From: Candidatus Latescibacterota bacterium
GTDB lineage: Bacteria; Latescibacterota; UBA2968; UBA8231
Length of the DNA: 64,000 nucleotides
Direction: 5' to 3'
Assembly: GCA_965215195.1 (NCBI GenBank)
Contig: CBDCDC010000001.1
Location: forward strand, 192,001-256,000
Shown here piece by piece: positions 10,992 through 20,521 of the stretch. Below the pieces are notes generated by a model. That model ran no database searches. It saw only the letters and a program-made list of their open reading frames with translations, and was not told where the DNA came from. The translations under genes and the position numbers were made by a program. Within the stretch, counting starts at the first letter, position 1. Every line of letters starts with the position of its first letter.

Positions 10992-11031
10992 CAAACGCCC
11001 TGCTTCCTTCGGGGAGCAGGGCGTTTGTTTT
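10992..11031 (+). terminator. Intrinsic terminator-like hairpin
   Basis: caaacgccctgcttcc-TTCG-gggagcagggcgtttg followed by TTTT. Confidence 0.75.
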
Positions 11032-11064
11032 AGAAGTAGGGGCGAGTTTCAAGCCATCGCTGAG

Positions 11065-12523
11065 TTAAACTGGGCCAAGATCGGCCAGATACAAAGTGAG
11101 AAGGGAATCCTCACTCCGATTGAGAAAAGTGGCGATCCGATTTTTGTTCCGCAGCAACAAGTCCGCAATGCGGTCAGTTCCAACATTTCCCACGGCAAGT
11201 CATATAGCAGTCCTAAATGACTTGAGAAGTTTCATGGTTTTTTCTATCTTCATTCTACGTTTTCCTATGCTTCGTCTTTTTTTGGAGGTTATCTATGGTT
11301 TCGGATACGTCTTTATCTGCGTTTATCGCGCGCAATCCCGACGCCCGGGAACTGAAACGAGCGTTAGCGGTTCAGATGACGCTGTTGGGCATCAAACAAG
11401 GTGCGATACAAGCGATTCTCGGGGTGCAGTCGAGCTTCATCAGTACGTGGAAGAAGCGCTACCTATCCGAGGGGGTTGCCTGCTTTCGCTTAGGCTATAA
11501 AGGTTCGCAGCCGTATTTGTCGGCCGATCAACGGGCGCAAATCCATGCGTGGTTAGCGCCCCAATCGCAGCCTTCGGTCGCCTCGTTAGCCTCGTATATC
11601 CAAACGCAGTTTGGCGTGGTCTTCAAATCGTCGCAAAGTTATTACGCTATTCTTTCTCAGGCGGGCTATAGCTGGAAAAAGACGCAGGCTCGACAGCCCA
11701 AAGCCGATCCCCAACAGGGGCGAGACCAACGAGAAGAAATAAAAAAAAACGAACGGCGCATAAAGCCGAGATCGAAGCGGGTCAAGTCAGTGCCTTTTTC
11801 ATCGATGAGTCGCACCTGTGTTGGGCTGATGCGTGTGGCTATGGTTGGGGCCGTCGAGACCAACGCCTTGAGGTGGCTATTGAAAATGGACGCCAACGCC
11901 AAACCTATTATGGGGCCTTGGATGTGGTTAAGGGCACCTTCCTCATGCAAAGTTATCCCAAGGCCAATGCGCAGCATACGGTCGATTTTCTACGTTACCT
12001 ACAACAGCGTCGGCCGGGTCAAAAGTTGTTGATCTTTTGGGATGGTGTTTCCTATCACCATCAACATATCATGCGCGATTTTCTACAAACGATGCAGGCC
12101 TCGCTACCGCCCAACCAGTGGAAGATATGCGGTACGAGATTGGCCCCCTATACACCGCAAGAAAATCCGGTCGAGGACATCTGGTTAAAGGGCAAGACCT
12201 TTGTTCGTACCCATGCGCTATGGACGACCTGTTTTGAACAGATCAAAGACCTATTCGTAAAGGGCATTCGACAGAAAAAATACTTCCAGTTCCCCAAATT
12301 GATGCAATATACATTGGCTCTTAAATGATTTAGGACTGCTATATTACCTTTGGCGGATGGCCTCGGAAGAAGCTGAGTTGACAAAGATCTTCATCCTTCG
12401 ACGCGATTGCGAATCCCTGTTCGACTGCGTAGGCCCAAATAGCTGTATCAGGTTGGCTGCGAAGTCCAACTTGATGGACACTGGCGGTGCCGGGAAAGAC
12501 CTCCTCAATTCGCGCCACGAGCC
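11065..12523 (-). pseudogene. DUF5615-family PIN toxin gene, split by IS630, with internal TGA and missing N-terminus
   Basis: Removing the IS630 gives ...DTAIWAYAVEQGFAIASKDED...GHPPKVI*LAVGNVGTDRIADLL; the family normally has PPKVIWL. Confidence 0.75.
11205..12341 (+). mobile_element. IS630-family element; transposase 11295-12328 via -1 frameshift
   Basis: IR tagcagtcctaaat/atttaggactgcta with TA duplication. HTH orfA, A9 run at 11741-11749, then FIDESH, WDGVSYH and NPVEDIW catalytic motifs. Confidence 0.92.
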
Positions 12524-13368
12524 GAATCCGCAATAGCAAACCACTTCTTGTCATTAGTGGCCACGACGTGGTCATCATCAACCGAGTAAAGAAAGAAATC
12601 AATATCCCCACTATCGTTCTTCTTGGGCAAGAGCCCCTCTGTCATCAGGCGGATCAAGTAGTGCGTGTACAGATGGGTATAGCACTCTATCTTGGGAATG
12701 GCGGCGGCCAATTCATGGGCTCTCTGCTTGGTAAGCACACCGAGGTCCTTTTTGTCCGCTTTGAAGAAGGCACGCATCTGGCAAGCGGATATAATGCGAG
12801 CAGACCACTCTTTCGACTTCATCCCGGCGAGAAATTTTTTCTTTTCCTCACCTCGCAGTTTAGGCACAGACGGGGACCGTTTCTCTGGAGCCCTTGCGTA
12901 CCACTCTTGAAACCTTGGGATAGTATCCGCCATCAGGGCAATGAGAGAATCCACCCATTCTTGCTCACTCTTCTCACGCCAAGTCGCTGCAAACGGTACA
13001 TTCAAGCGCCGTCGGACCCGAATCTCGTAGTCCGGTACACCGCGCTGAACTTTCTCAAGGCTCTGACCTTTAGCCAAGGATCGGACAGCGTCGGCGTATG
13101 AGGGAGCAGGTTCCGCCAACTCGTAGCCAAATGCCGTAGTCAGATGTGATTCGGGGTCCGGGAGTTCCTCTATCCGGTGCTTGAGGATGGCGTCAGCCGC
13201 TGCCTTGCGGTCTGCAAATGACCTGTCATCAAGTTTAGATACCAACTCAATTATTGAGATGGGAGAGTAACAGAGGCGCTCTCTAGGTTGCCTGACGTCC
13301 TCAATGCGGATTCGATTCAATCCTATATCGCAAAGCACATTCGTATCGAGGATCACGGTCTTCGTCAT
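12505..13368 (-). CDS. PIN-like domain protein (C-terminus probably fused to DUF5615 sequence by a deletion)
   Basis: VILDTNV at N-terminus; NDSGD...VVATNDKK acidic motifs near C-terminus. Confidence 0.6.
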   Translation of the reverse strand: MTKTVILDTNVLCDIGLNRIRIEDVRQPRERLCYSPISIIELVSKLDDRSFADRKAAADAILKHRIEELPDPESHLTTAFGYELAEPAPSYADAVRSLAKGQSLEKVQRGVPDYEIRVRRRLNVPFAATWREKSEQEWVDSLIALMADTIPRFQEWYARAPEKRSPSVPKLRGEEKKKFLAGMKSKEWSARIISACQMRAFFKADKKDLGVLTKQRAHELAAAIPKIECYTHLYTHYLIRLMTEGLLPKKNDSGDIDFFLYSVDDDHVVATNDKKWFAIADSARGAN

Positions 13369-13618
13369 GTCATGCTCCTGTTTCGTTTAATCTCGCGCCA
13401 CGGGCCAATCAGGAGCACGGCGAGCAATTTATCCTATGCTCTCTGTACTTATTTGGCCCCAACCGGCATATCGTTATTTTTCACGTCGGCATACGCCATG
13501 GCAAGGGCTTTCTGCATGGCGCGGGTGATCCCAAAAGACGCCATTTGGCAGTGGATGTCGTCGAGGGTGAGGTACAAAAAAGAAAAACAGCATCCTCGGG
13601 GGCACGGCTCGTCCTTCC

Positions 13619-14350
13619 CTAAGCGCCGATCATCTCCTGCATCTTAGCGGCGATCCAGTCAATGGCCACGTCGGCCATCACCCGGCCTTTCTTGGGCGTG
13701 GCCAAGTCGCGGCCGGCCTCAAAGTAGATCGGGTCGCGCGGGGCGTAGCTTTCGCTCTGTATCTGGAGATTGGCCGCCTCGTAATCAACCCCTTTCCACT
13801 GCACGTTCTCGGGGAACGCCGCCATGGCAAACGAGGTTTCAAACTCGGCCGCGTGTGCCGGGCAATCCCCCGAATCCAGCACTTGGGCGACCAGCTCCGG
13901 CGAATACGCGGCCCAATACGAATAAAACTGCACGTCCATGTCCAGCCGCTTGCTGAAGTCCTCGACTTGGCCGCCCAAGGGGCTGTTGCCGGCGTGGCCA
14001 TTGCATATCAAGACGTGCTCAATCCCGTGCCGCTTGAGCGACTCGCACACGTCGTAGGCCACGGTAAAGAAGGTCTCTGGCCGCAGGCTCAAGGTGCCGG
14101 GGAACTCCATCCAGTGCTCGGATATGCCTATGGACAGGGGCGTGGCCACCACCACTTGCGGATAGAGCTGCAAGGCCGCTTGGTGCGCCACATGCGCCGC
14201 GCTGGCAGTGTCGTGCTCCATTGCCAAGTGCTCGTTGTGCTGCTCCGTGCTGCCGGTGGGCAAAATCGCCCCTTTGATCAGGCCCTGTTCCAACCGCTCG
14301 CGCACGTGGCGGCGAGTCAATTTCCACAGCCGTACTTCTTCGACGATCAT
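13619..14350 (-). CDS. Creatininase-family amidohydrolase
   Basis: PTGSTEQH.EHL...D, SEHW.FPGT, NGHAGN, HAAEFETS. Confidence 0.92.
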   Translation of the reverse strand: MIVEEVRLWKLTRRHVRERLEQGLIKGAILPTGSTEQHNEHLAMEHDTASAAHVAHQAALQLYPQVVVATPLSIGISEHWMEFPGTLSLRPETFFTVAYDVCESLKRHGIEHVLICNGHAGNSPLGGQVEDFSKRLDMDVQFYSYWAAYSPELVAQVLDSGDCPAHAAEFETSFAMAAFPENVQWKGVDYEAANLQIQSESYAPRDPIYFEAGRDLATPKKGRVMADVAIDWIAAKMQEMIGA

Positions 14351-14373
14351 CGTTCTACTCCTCGGATTGGCGT

Positions 14374-14402
14374 TTGACAGTGCAACTCTCAGGGCCTATC
14401 AT
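14374..14402 (+). promoter_or_regulatory. Sigma70-type promoter
   Basis: TTGACA-17 bp-TATCAT upstream of the 14432 ORF. Confidence 0.6.
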
Positions 14403-14431
14403 GCAAAATTAATCGACCGGAGACAACGCCC

Positions 14432-15346
14432 ATGCACATTGCCTGCTGTTTTTTGCTCTTGGCCACCCTGCCCCTAGCCGCCCAAACCGACCCGTACGAA
14501 GGCTTTGCTGGCTTCTGGCTCGAAAACGACCGCGCCGAGGCTTTTGCCATTGCCACGCCCTATCCGCGGGTCCTCGCCTTCCGCCTCAAAGGCGGCGAAA
14601 ACCCCCTCCACGTCTCCCGCGAATACGAATACGTCGGCGTGCGCTCGTGGTTCTTCGAGCCGACGCAGATTCCCGAATCCGGGCTGCCGGCCCTGCAACC
14701 GGCCACCGCTGAGATGACTGGCGTGCGCTCCGTCCGCCTCACGGCCGCCCCGGACGACAGCTCGGGCCTACAGCTCATCATGGAAGTCGCGCTCGACAGC
14801 GAGCGGCCCGTACTCCAGATCCGCCACGGCTTCAAAAACATGCGCACCGCAAAGCGCCGCATTGCCTGCTGGGTCCTCAACGTCATCCGCCCGGACGCGG
14901 GCGTCGGCGTCGTACCGTGGCGCAGCACGGGACGCCGCAGCTTGCTGTTCTGGCCGAGCACCGACCCCAACGAAGTAGGCATCCACCTAGAGGCCCGTGC
15001 TCTCGCGCTCGACTATCGGATTGAGCCGCAAAACGGCTGGCACAAGGTCGGCACCAATAGCGACGCCGGTTGGATCGCCTTTGTGTGGAACGGAAACGCG
15101 CTCAAATCCACCGTCGCCCACGTCACCAACGCCGAATACCCCGAAGATGGCGGCACGGTGACGATGTTCAATTCCACGTCTGAACTATTTGACGGCAAGC
15201 CGCGCTTTGGCGAGATCGAAAACGTCGGCCCGCTGAGCGAACTTATGCCGGGCAATACGTTGTGGATGGAGCAAGAGTTGGAGTTGTTTAGCGGAATTGA
15301 GACCGACGACCCCGCAAGCTGGGTCGAACTGCTAGAGGCCCAATAG
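14432..15346 (+). CDS. Secreted hypothetical protein (possibly DUF4380/galactose-mutarotase-like beta fold)
   Basis: Signal peptide MHIACCFLLLATLPLAA; YPEDG and EIENVGPL motifs. Confidence 0.55.
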   Translation: MHIACCFLLLATLPLAAQTDPYEGFAGFWLENDRAEAFAIATPYPRVLAFRLKGGENPLHVSREYEYVGVRSWFFEPTQIPESGLPALQPATAEMTGVRSVRLTAAPDDSSGLQLIMEVALDSERPVLQIRHGFKNMRTAKRRIACWVLNVIRPDAGVGVVPWRSTGRRSLLFWPSTDPNEVGIHLEARALALDYRIEPQNGWHKVGTNSDAGWIAFVWNGNALKSTVAHVTNAEYPEDGGTVTMFNSTSELFDGKPRFGEIENVGPLSELMPGNTLWMEQELELFSGIETDDPASWVELLEAQ

Positions 15347-15363
15347 CGGCCCAAGCCCGCCGT

Positions 15364-16839
15364 TCAAGCCCGCCACAAGTCGAGCTGGGGCCGGTCGCCG
15401 ATTTGGATCAGCGATCCAGCCGCTTCAAAGGGCATGCGCCCGCCAATGCAGTACGTACACAAGTCGCGCTCGGGCAGGCCGGCGCGCACAAACGCGTCTA
15501 GCATCCCCTGCCGCGACAAGTAAATCACCGGCATCCCCATCGTCTCGCCAATGGCCGCGGTCGTGCGCCCACGTGCGATAAACTCGTCGCCCGGCGGCGG
15601 GTCCGGCGGCATATCCACCCCAAAGGTGCATCCCCTCGGCACGCCATCGTCGCCGATAATGCCAATCGGCGGCGTGTAACTCACCAAATAGGCATGCTCG
15701 ACGCCAGCCTCCTCGTAGAGTAGCTCACAGGCGCGCTTGGAATTGTTGCCGCGGATGATGCTGTCGTCGATCAGGACCACGGTCTTGCCCTTGAGTTTTT
15801 GCGCCATCCCGGGCAAAAGATGCAGGTTCTGTTCGATCGACTCTTTGCGCTCGCCAGCGGTCGAACCTTGGAACGAGCGCTCGCCGCGCATTTTGTAAAA
15901 CACGGGCTCAAAGGGCAATTCCGCCTGCTTGGCGTAGGCGCGGGCCGCTACCTCGGGACAGCGCGGCAGGTACGTAACCAGATCGACGTCCGGCGGCAGA
16001 AATTCCTCGCTGAGCATCTCCCCTAGGGATTCGCGGATGCGGCGCACGCTGACGCCGTTGATGATCGAGTCGAGGTCGGTGATGTAGTTCCACTCAAAAA
16101 AGCAATAGGCGAGGTTGGTCGAGACCACGACTTCCTTGCTGTAGTTCCCTTCCGGCGTGAGATAGTAGATCCCGCCCGGCTCCAAGTCTTCGACGTATTC
16201 GCCGCCGTTTTTGCGGAAGGCAATGTCCTCCGAGGCCATCACGTACTTGCCGTCCTTCCAGCCGAGCACCCCGGGTTTAATCCCGGTGCGATCGCGGATC
16301 GCAACCACGTCGCGCTCGCGCTTGTCGGCAATGGCCAAGGTATAGGCACCGGGCACTTCCTTGAGAAAGTTGTGCGCGCCGCGCTCGCGGTAGAGGTAGA
16401 GCAGGGCCTCGGTATCGCAGCTCGAATACAGGCGCAGGGGAGCCGAGTCCTCGAAGAAGACGCGGTCAATTTGGCCGTTGTGGACGGCCGCCATGTCGCA
16501 GTCCCAGATCAGGATGTGGTTGTCGCGGTGTTCGACCGCGCCGCCGATGACGTGCGGATGCGCCTCTTCGAGGATTTTGTCCTTTGAGCCGCGCGTGGCG
16601 TAGCGCACGTGGGCCATGTAGGTGTGGTAATTGGGGCTGAGGAAAATTTTGTGCAGGTCGGTTACGTCGAAGCGCGAGACCCCGCCCTTCCACTTGATCA
16701 CGTCGATGCGGCCGTCACCTACTGCGGCAATGCCGGCCGCCTCCCGGCCCCGATGCTGTAGCGAATGGATAAAGCGATAGGCGTCGTGCAGAGAGTGAGC
16801 TACGGTCAAACCGCAGTTGTGGCGAACGACCTCGGCCAT
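15364..16839 (-). CDS. purF: Amidophosphoribosyltransferase (divergent PurF)
   Basis: Short propeptide then CG; QHRGREAAGI, HVRYAT, HNGQI, PRPP loop VLIDDSIIRG, C..GVDM, CTYC. Confidence 0.85.
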   Translation of the reverse strand: MAEVVRHNCGLTVAHSLHDAYRFIHSLQHRGREAAGIAAVGDGRIDVIKWKGGVSRFDVTDLHKIFLSPNYHTYMAHVRYATRGSKDKILEEAHPHVIGGAVEHRDNHILIWDCDMAAVHNGQIDRVFFEDSAPLRLYSSCDTEALLYLYRERGAHNFLKEVPGAYTLAIADKRERDVVAIRDRTGIKPGVLGWKDGKYVMASEDIAFRKNGGEYVEDLEPGGIYYLTPEGNYSKEVVVSTNLAYCFFEWNYITDLDSIINGVSVRRIRESLGEMLSEEFLPPDVDLVTYLPRCPEVAARAYAKQAELPFEPVFYKMRGERSFQGSTAGERKESIEQNLHLLPGMAQKLKGKTVVLIDDSIIRGNNSKRACELLYEEAGVEHAYLVSYTPPIGIIGDDGVPRGCTFGVDMPPDPPPGDEFIARGRTTAAIGETMGMPVIYLSRQGMLDAFVRAGLPERDLCTYCIGGRMPFEAAGSLIQIGDRPQLDLWRA

Positions 16840-16918
16840 AGACGTACCTCGCGGAAAATGTGAAGGGAATGTAACGCAAAAAGTACGGGCGACCTCGCCA
16901 TACGGCAAGGCCGCGATG

Positions 16919-18283
16919 TTACAACGTCAGAATCAACCCTTGTGCCAAAAGCGAATCAACCGTCTGGGCAAACGCCGCGGTCGCCTCCTCGACATCTTGG
17001 GCCGTGTGCGCCGACGAGAGCACGCCGCCGGTGGAGCTCATGTTATCGACCCCGTAAAAGCGCAGATTGCGCTGGTACTCTTCGATCAGCTTCCCCGGCA
17101 TCCCCTTGAGCCGCTCGGCCGCAGTCGCGTGCAAATCCGCCCGGCTGTGGGCTTTTTGCACGCGCTGGCGCTCGGTTTCAAAATAGACGTGAAAAGTCGA
17201 ACACACCCCGTACGCGTACCCGGCAATGCCGCGGCCTTCCAGTACTTCGTCCCAAGCGGTGCGCAGCTCGGCGGCGCGGGCGTTGGCTTGGTCTATGGGC
17301 TGGCCCGTGGCCACGCGCTCGAGCACGGCGATCCCGGCCGCGGCCGAAAGCGGTGCCCCGTTAAAAGTCCCTTGGTGCGCCACCCGCGGGCGGGCATCGT
17401 CCGGCACGTCGAAGAGTTCCATAATGTCCGCCCGTCCCACCACGGCCCCGCCGGGCATGCCGCCGGCCACCACTTTGGCGAAACAAGACAGGTCCGGCCG
17501 CAGTCCGTAGAGCACTTGAGCGCCGCCCGGACTAAAGCGAAAGCCGGTGACCACCTCGTCGAAAATCAGTATCACCCCGCGTGCGCGGGTCATGGCTTGC
17601 AGCTCGCGCAAAAACTCCGCTGCTAAAGGCACTCGGCCCCACGAACCCCCCGATGGCTCAATAATCGCCGCCGCAATATCGCCATCGGCGTCGAGGACGC
17701 GGGCGACTTGGTCCGCATCTCCCGCTGGCACGCAGACCACGTGCTCGCGCACCTGCGGCGGAATGCCCAACGAGCCGTCCGCGTCAAAGGGCGGCTGTAC
17801 GCCGCGCATCACATCGTCGTGCCACCCGTGGAAGTGGCCGGCAAAGCGCAGGATTTTGCGGCGGCCGGTAAAGGCCCGCGCCAAGCGCAGCGCCAGCAGG
17901 GTCGCCTCCGTCCCCGAATTGACCAAGCGCACGCGCTCGGCCGAGGGAACGAGCGCCTGTATGCGCTCGGCCCACTCAATGTGCAGCGGGTGGTCGTTGC
18001 CAAAGTGCGTCCCGCGCCCCACCGCTTCGGCAATGGCCGCAACGACTTCGGCGGGCGCGTGCCCCAAGAGCAAGGCACCGTTGCCGAGCAGGAAGTCGAT
18101 GTACTCGTTGCCATCGACATCCCACTTGCGGCCGCCGGCCCCCCGCTCGATGTAGAGCGGCACCGGCGTTGCGTAGCGCAGGTCGTGCCCGGCCTTGCCC
18201 CCGAGCACCTTGCAGGCGCGGGTAAAATACTCCTGCGACCGAGGGCGCGCGGCGGCGTATTGCTCGTATATCTGGTTGCTCAT
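16919..18283 (-). CDS. Class III PLP aminotransferase (glutamate-1-semialdehyde aminomutase-like)
   Basis: DVDGNEYID, NSGTEA, FHG, IFDEVVTGFR, FAKVVAGGMP, HQGTFNG. Confidence 0.9.
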   Translation of the reverse strand: MSNQIYEQYAAARPRSQEYFTRACKVLGGKAGHDLRYATPVPLYIERGAGGRKWDVDGNEYIDFLLGNGALLLGHAPAEVVAAIAEAVGRGTHFGNDHPLHIEWAERIQALVPSAERVRLVNSGTEATLLALRLARAFTGRRKILRFAGHFHGWHDDVMRGVQPPFDADGSLGIPPQVREHVVCVPAGDADQVARVLDADGDIAAAIIEPSGGSWGRVPLAAEFLRELQAMTRARGVILIFDEVVTGFRFSPGGAQVLYGLRPDLSCFAKVVAGGMPGGAVVGRADIMELFDVPDDARPRVAHQGTFNGAPLSAAAGIAVLERVATGQPIDQANARAAELRTAWDEVLEGRGIAGYAYGVCSTFHVYFETERQRVQKAHSRADLHATAAERLKGMPGKLIEEYQRNLRFYGVDNMSSTGGVLSSAHTAQDVEEATAAFAQTVDSLLAQGLILTL

Positions 18284-18377
18284 GGACCTTTGCCTTTCTT
18301 CAATACACGACGCCCAGATTTCCGTTAGGTGTGCCTTGGGGATGTGGGTTGGCTTTCGTTGAACAAGTGATGCTATG

Positions 18378-18605
18378 CTAGAGGCACGTCCCGCCGTGGA
18401 ACATGGCCTCCGAAAATAGTCTGGCGCGGGACAAGCTAGCTAGGATATAGTGCTGCATCAACTCCTGCAATGCGTTCTCCTGTTCGACCGCAATCCGCAG
18501 GGACTCGGTACAATAACTCAGACCATCTCGCTTCCAGCTAATTTCTCGGTGGAGGTACACGGCGTCGGCAATGGTGCGCAACGGCGAGGCAATAAACGCC
18601 CACCT
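18378..18605 (-). pseudogene. Chimeric relic of a type IV TA pair (AbiEi-like C-terminus fused in frame to AbiEii-like N-terminus)
   Basis: FIASPLRTIADAVYL...ESLRI joined to QENALQELMQHYILASL...FHGGTCL* (nucleotidyltransferase GGT motif). Confidence 0.6.
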
Positions 18606-18637
18606 TAGTACGCGACATAAGGCTTCGACCTAGGTCC

Positions 18638-20521
18638 CTAGTCCAAACGGTACGCCAGCAGCGCACCGCGCCTCGTCGCGTAAAGATACCCATTGGCCAC
18701 AGACATGGCGTTGAAGTACCAAGAGTGGTCACTGTCGGGTTCTTCGGGTACAATCAAGGGATCGCCCTCGACTAGTGCCCCGTATCCGGCTATAGTCCAC
18801 GCTCTCACTTTGCCGTCTGAGTGGTCTATTAGGCCATAGGCTACTCCATTGGCAACCAGCAACTGCCCAAGGTCCCACCTATCGCTTTGAGACAACGGCA
18901 GGTATCCTACTTCGCGCAATGAGTCGGGATCGCTGATATCGAACTCGACCAACTCGTGCGGCCAAAAGCGCTCGACATAGAGCTTGTCTCCATCGGTAGC
19001 CACTAGCTTAGGACCGTAGTAAGACCGAGGCCGAAAGGACTCTAGAGTATGCCGCCCGGTCTCGCGCAAAGCACTCGCATCGGTCACATCAATGACCACC
19101 AATTCGTGCTTGGTCCCTATATAAGCGCGACTTCCGCGCACCCGTACATGGCATCGGCGTCTCCATACTGAGGGATCGTTGAAGGGATCGGGTATGGTCA
19201 TTATCACCCGCTCATCGCCCACCACCGGCATTCCCTCCTCGTCGAGGGCAAAAGCCTCGGCGATCAGGGCATCGCCCCGCTCCCGGATGAGGAGTAAACC
19301 GCCGTCTGTGGCTCCCCAATACTGGTAGAACCACTTCTCCTTGCTAATGGCGGCGAACATGCGGTGGCCCTTGAGCGTAGGCGCGGTCGGATCGCTGACG
19401 TCGAAGACCGTCACCACGAGGCTGTCGCTGGGTAGCCCTTTGCGCCACCCGACGATGTAAGCCAGCGAATCGACTACGCATATTTCGCTCGATGGTGGCC
19501 CTTGACTGCTCAATCTATAATTCTTGGATGTAGTGCTGCCGAGCAAACGCATTTCCTGCGGATTGCTCAAGTCGGCTATGGCGATACTGCTTTCTCCGTT
19601 GGTCATATAGGCGAACTTCCCATGGATGGCGAGGTCCATATAGGCCCCAACAGTGGGGCGCTCTAATATCCCAACCGGCATTCGTTGGTTGTTCCAAGGG
19701 ACCTCGACATAGGAAATCGCAAAGACGGCTACAAGGGCTGCACCCCACCCTATCGCCACCGTGCGCCACGAGAGGATTGCCTCGCGGTAGCGACGCAACA
19801 GCACCACGGCCACCGCCAATGCCGCCGCTGTTAAGCCCAGACTGGCCAAAACCTTCACCCAAAACCGAGCCGAGTCCGTCGCCAAGCGCACGAGGTGCCC
19901 TTGGGCATCCAAGCCGATTGCGACGAGAGGATAGCGATTGAGAATCGGCAAGATAGCCGTCGCCGGGCCGGTGAGGAAAACCCCCAACACCACGGCCAGC
20001 GAAATCCCTACGGCGAGACCCTTGAAGGGATGGTCCGTCACCACCGAGCTGATAAAAATTAAAGCGTAGAGCAGCGAGAATTGAGTAAACGACAGGGCGA
20101 CCATGGAGGCATAGTCAATGCTCTGCACGGTGACCAGTTGATATGCTTGCCAATCGCGGTTCGCCTCAAGACTCGCCACGTCTATGTACACCGTCGCCCA
20201 AGCTGCTAGCGCGACCAACAGCAGTCCGCCAAGCCCCATTAAGAACTTGACGGCCAGCACCGTCGCGCCCGCCACCGGCTTGTCTAGGAGGAAGGACAAG
20301 GTGCCAGTGCTGCGCTCGCCGGCGATGGCGGCCGCGGCCACCATAATCGCCATCGCTAGCAGAACGCCCATAATCAGCCCGTCAAAAATTCCTGCGTAGC
20401 TGCGGTTGAAATCGGCATTGTTCCGCATCAGACAGACCACCACGGCGAGTGCGACGGGCACCAACACCTTGGGCAGGATTTCGCGGCCCTCTTTCCACAA
20501 CAGCGCGTATAAGGCACTCAT
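18638..20521 (-). CDS. ABC-2-type permease fused to LVIVD-like beta-propeller domain
   Basis: ALLWKEGRE, ERSTGTLSFLLDKPV, several TM helices, then repeats such as IADLSNP, VFDVSDP, VIDVTDA, EFDISDP. Confidence 0.8.
   Translation of the reverse strand: MSALYALLWKEGREILPKVLVPVALAVVVCLMRNNADFNRSYAGIFDGLIMGVLLAMAIMVAAAAIAGERSTGTLSFLLDKPVAGATVLAVKFLMGLGGLLLVALAAWATVYIDVASLEANRDWQAYQLVTVQSIDYASMVALSFTQFSLLYALIFISSVVTDHPFKGLAVGISLAVVLGVFLTGPATAILPILNRYPLVAIGLDAQGHLVRLATDSARFWVKVLASLGLTAAALAVAVVLLRRYREAILSWRTVAIGWGAALVAVFAISYVEVPWNNQRMPVGILERPTVGAYMDLAIHGKFAYMTNGESSIAIADLSNPQEMRLLGSTTSKNYRLSSQGPPSSEICVVDSLAYIVGWRKGLPSDSLVVTVFDVSDPTAPTLKGHRMFAAISKEKWFYQYWGATDGGLLLIRERGDALIAEAFALDEEGMPVVGDERVIMTIPDPFNDPSVWRRRCHVRVRGSRAYIGTKHELVVIDVTDASALRETGRHTLESFRPRSYYGPKLVATDGDKLYVERFWPHELVEFDISDPDSLREVGYLPLSQSDRWDLGQLLVANGVAYGLIDHSDGKVRAWTIAGYGALVEGDPLIVPEEPDSDHSWYFNAMSVANGYLYATRRGALLAYRLD

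Noticed and set aside
10965-11030. Missing Ldh N-terminus on the far side of the IS5
   Set aside because: The joined frame lacks Ldh motifs and runs into a terminator hairpin.
11200-11202. In-frame TGA in the DUF5615 relic as selenocysteine or recoding
   Set aside because: It aligns with a conserved Trp in an already broken gene, and TGA is a normal stop elsewhere in the window.
13369-13618. Short minus-strand coding-like stretch
   Set aside because: No recognisable motif or reliable start.
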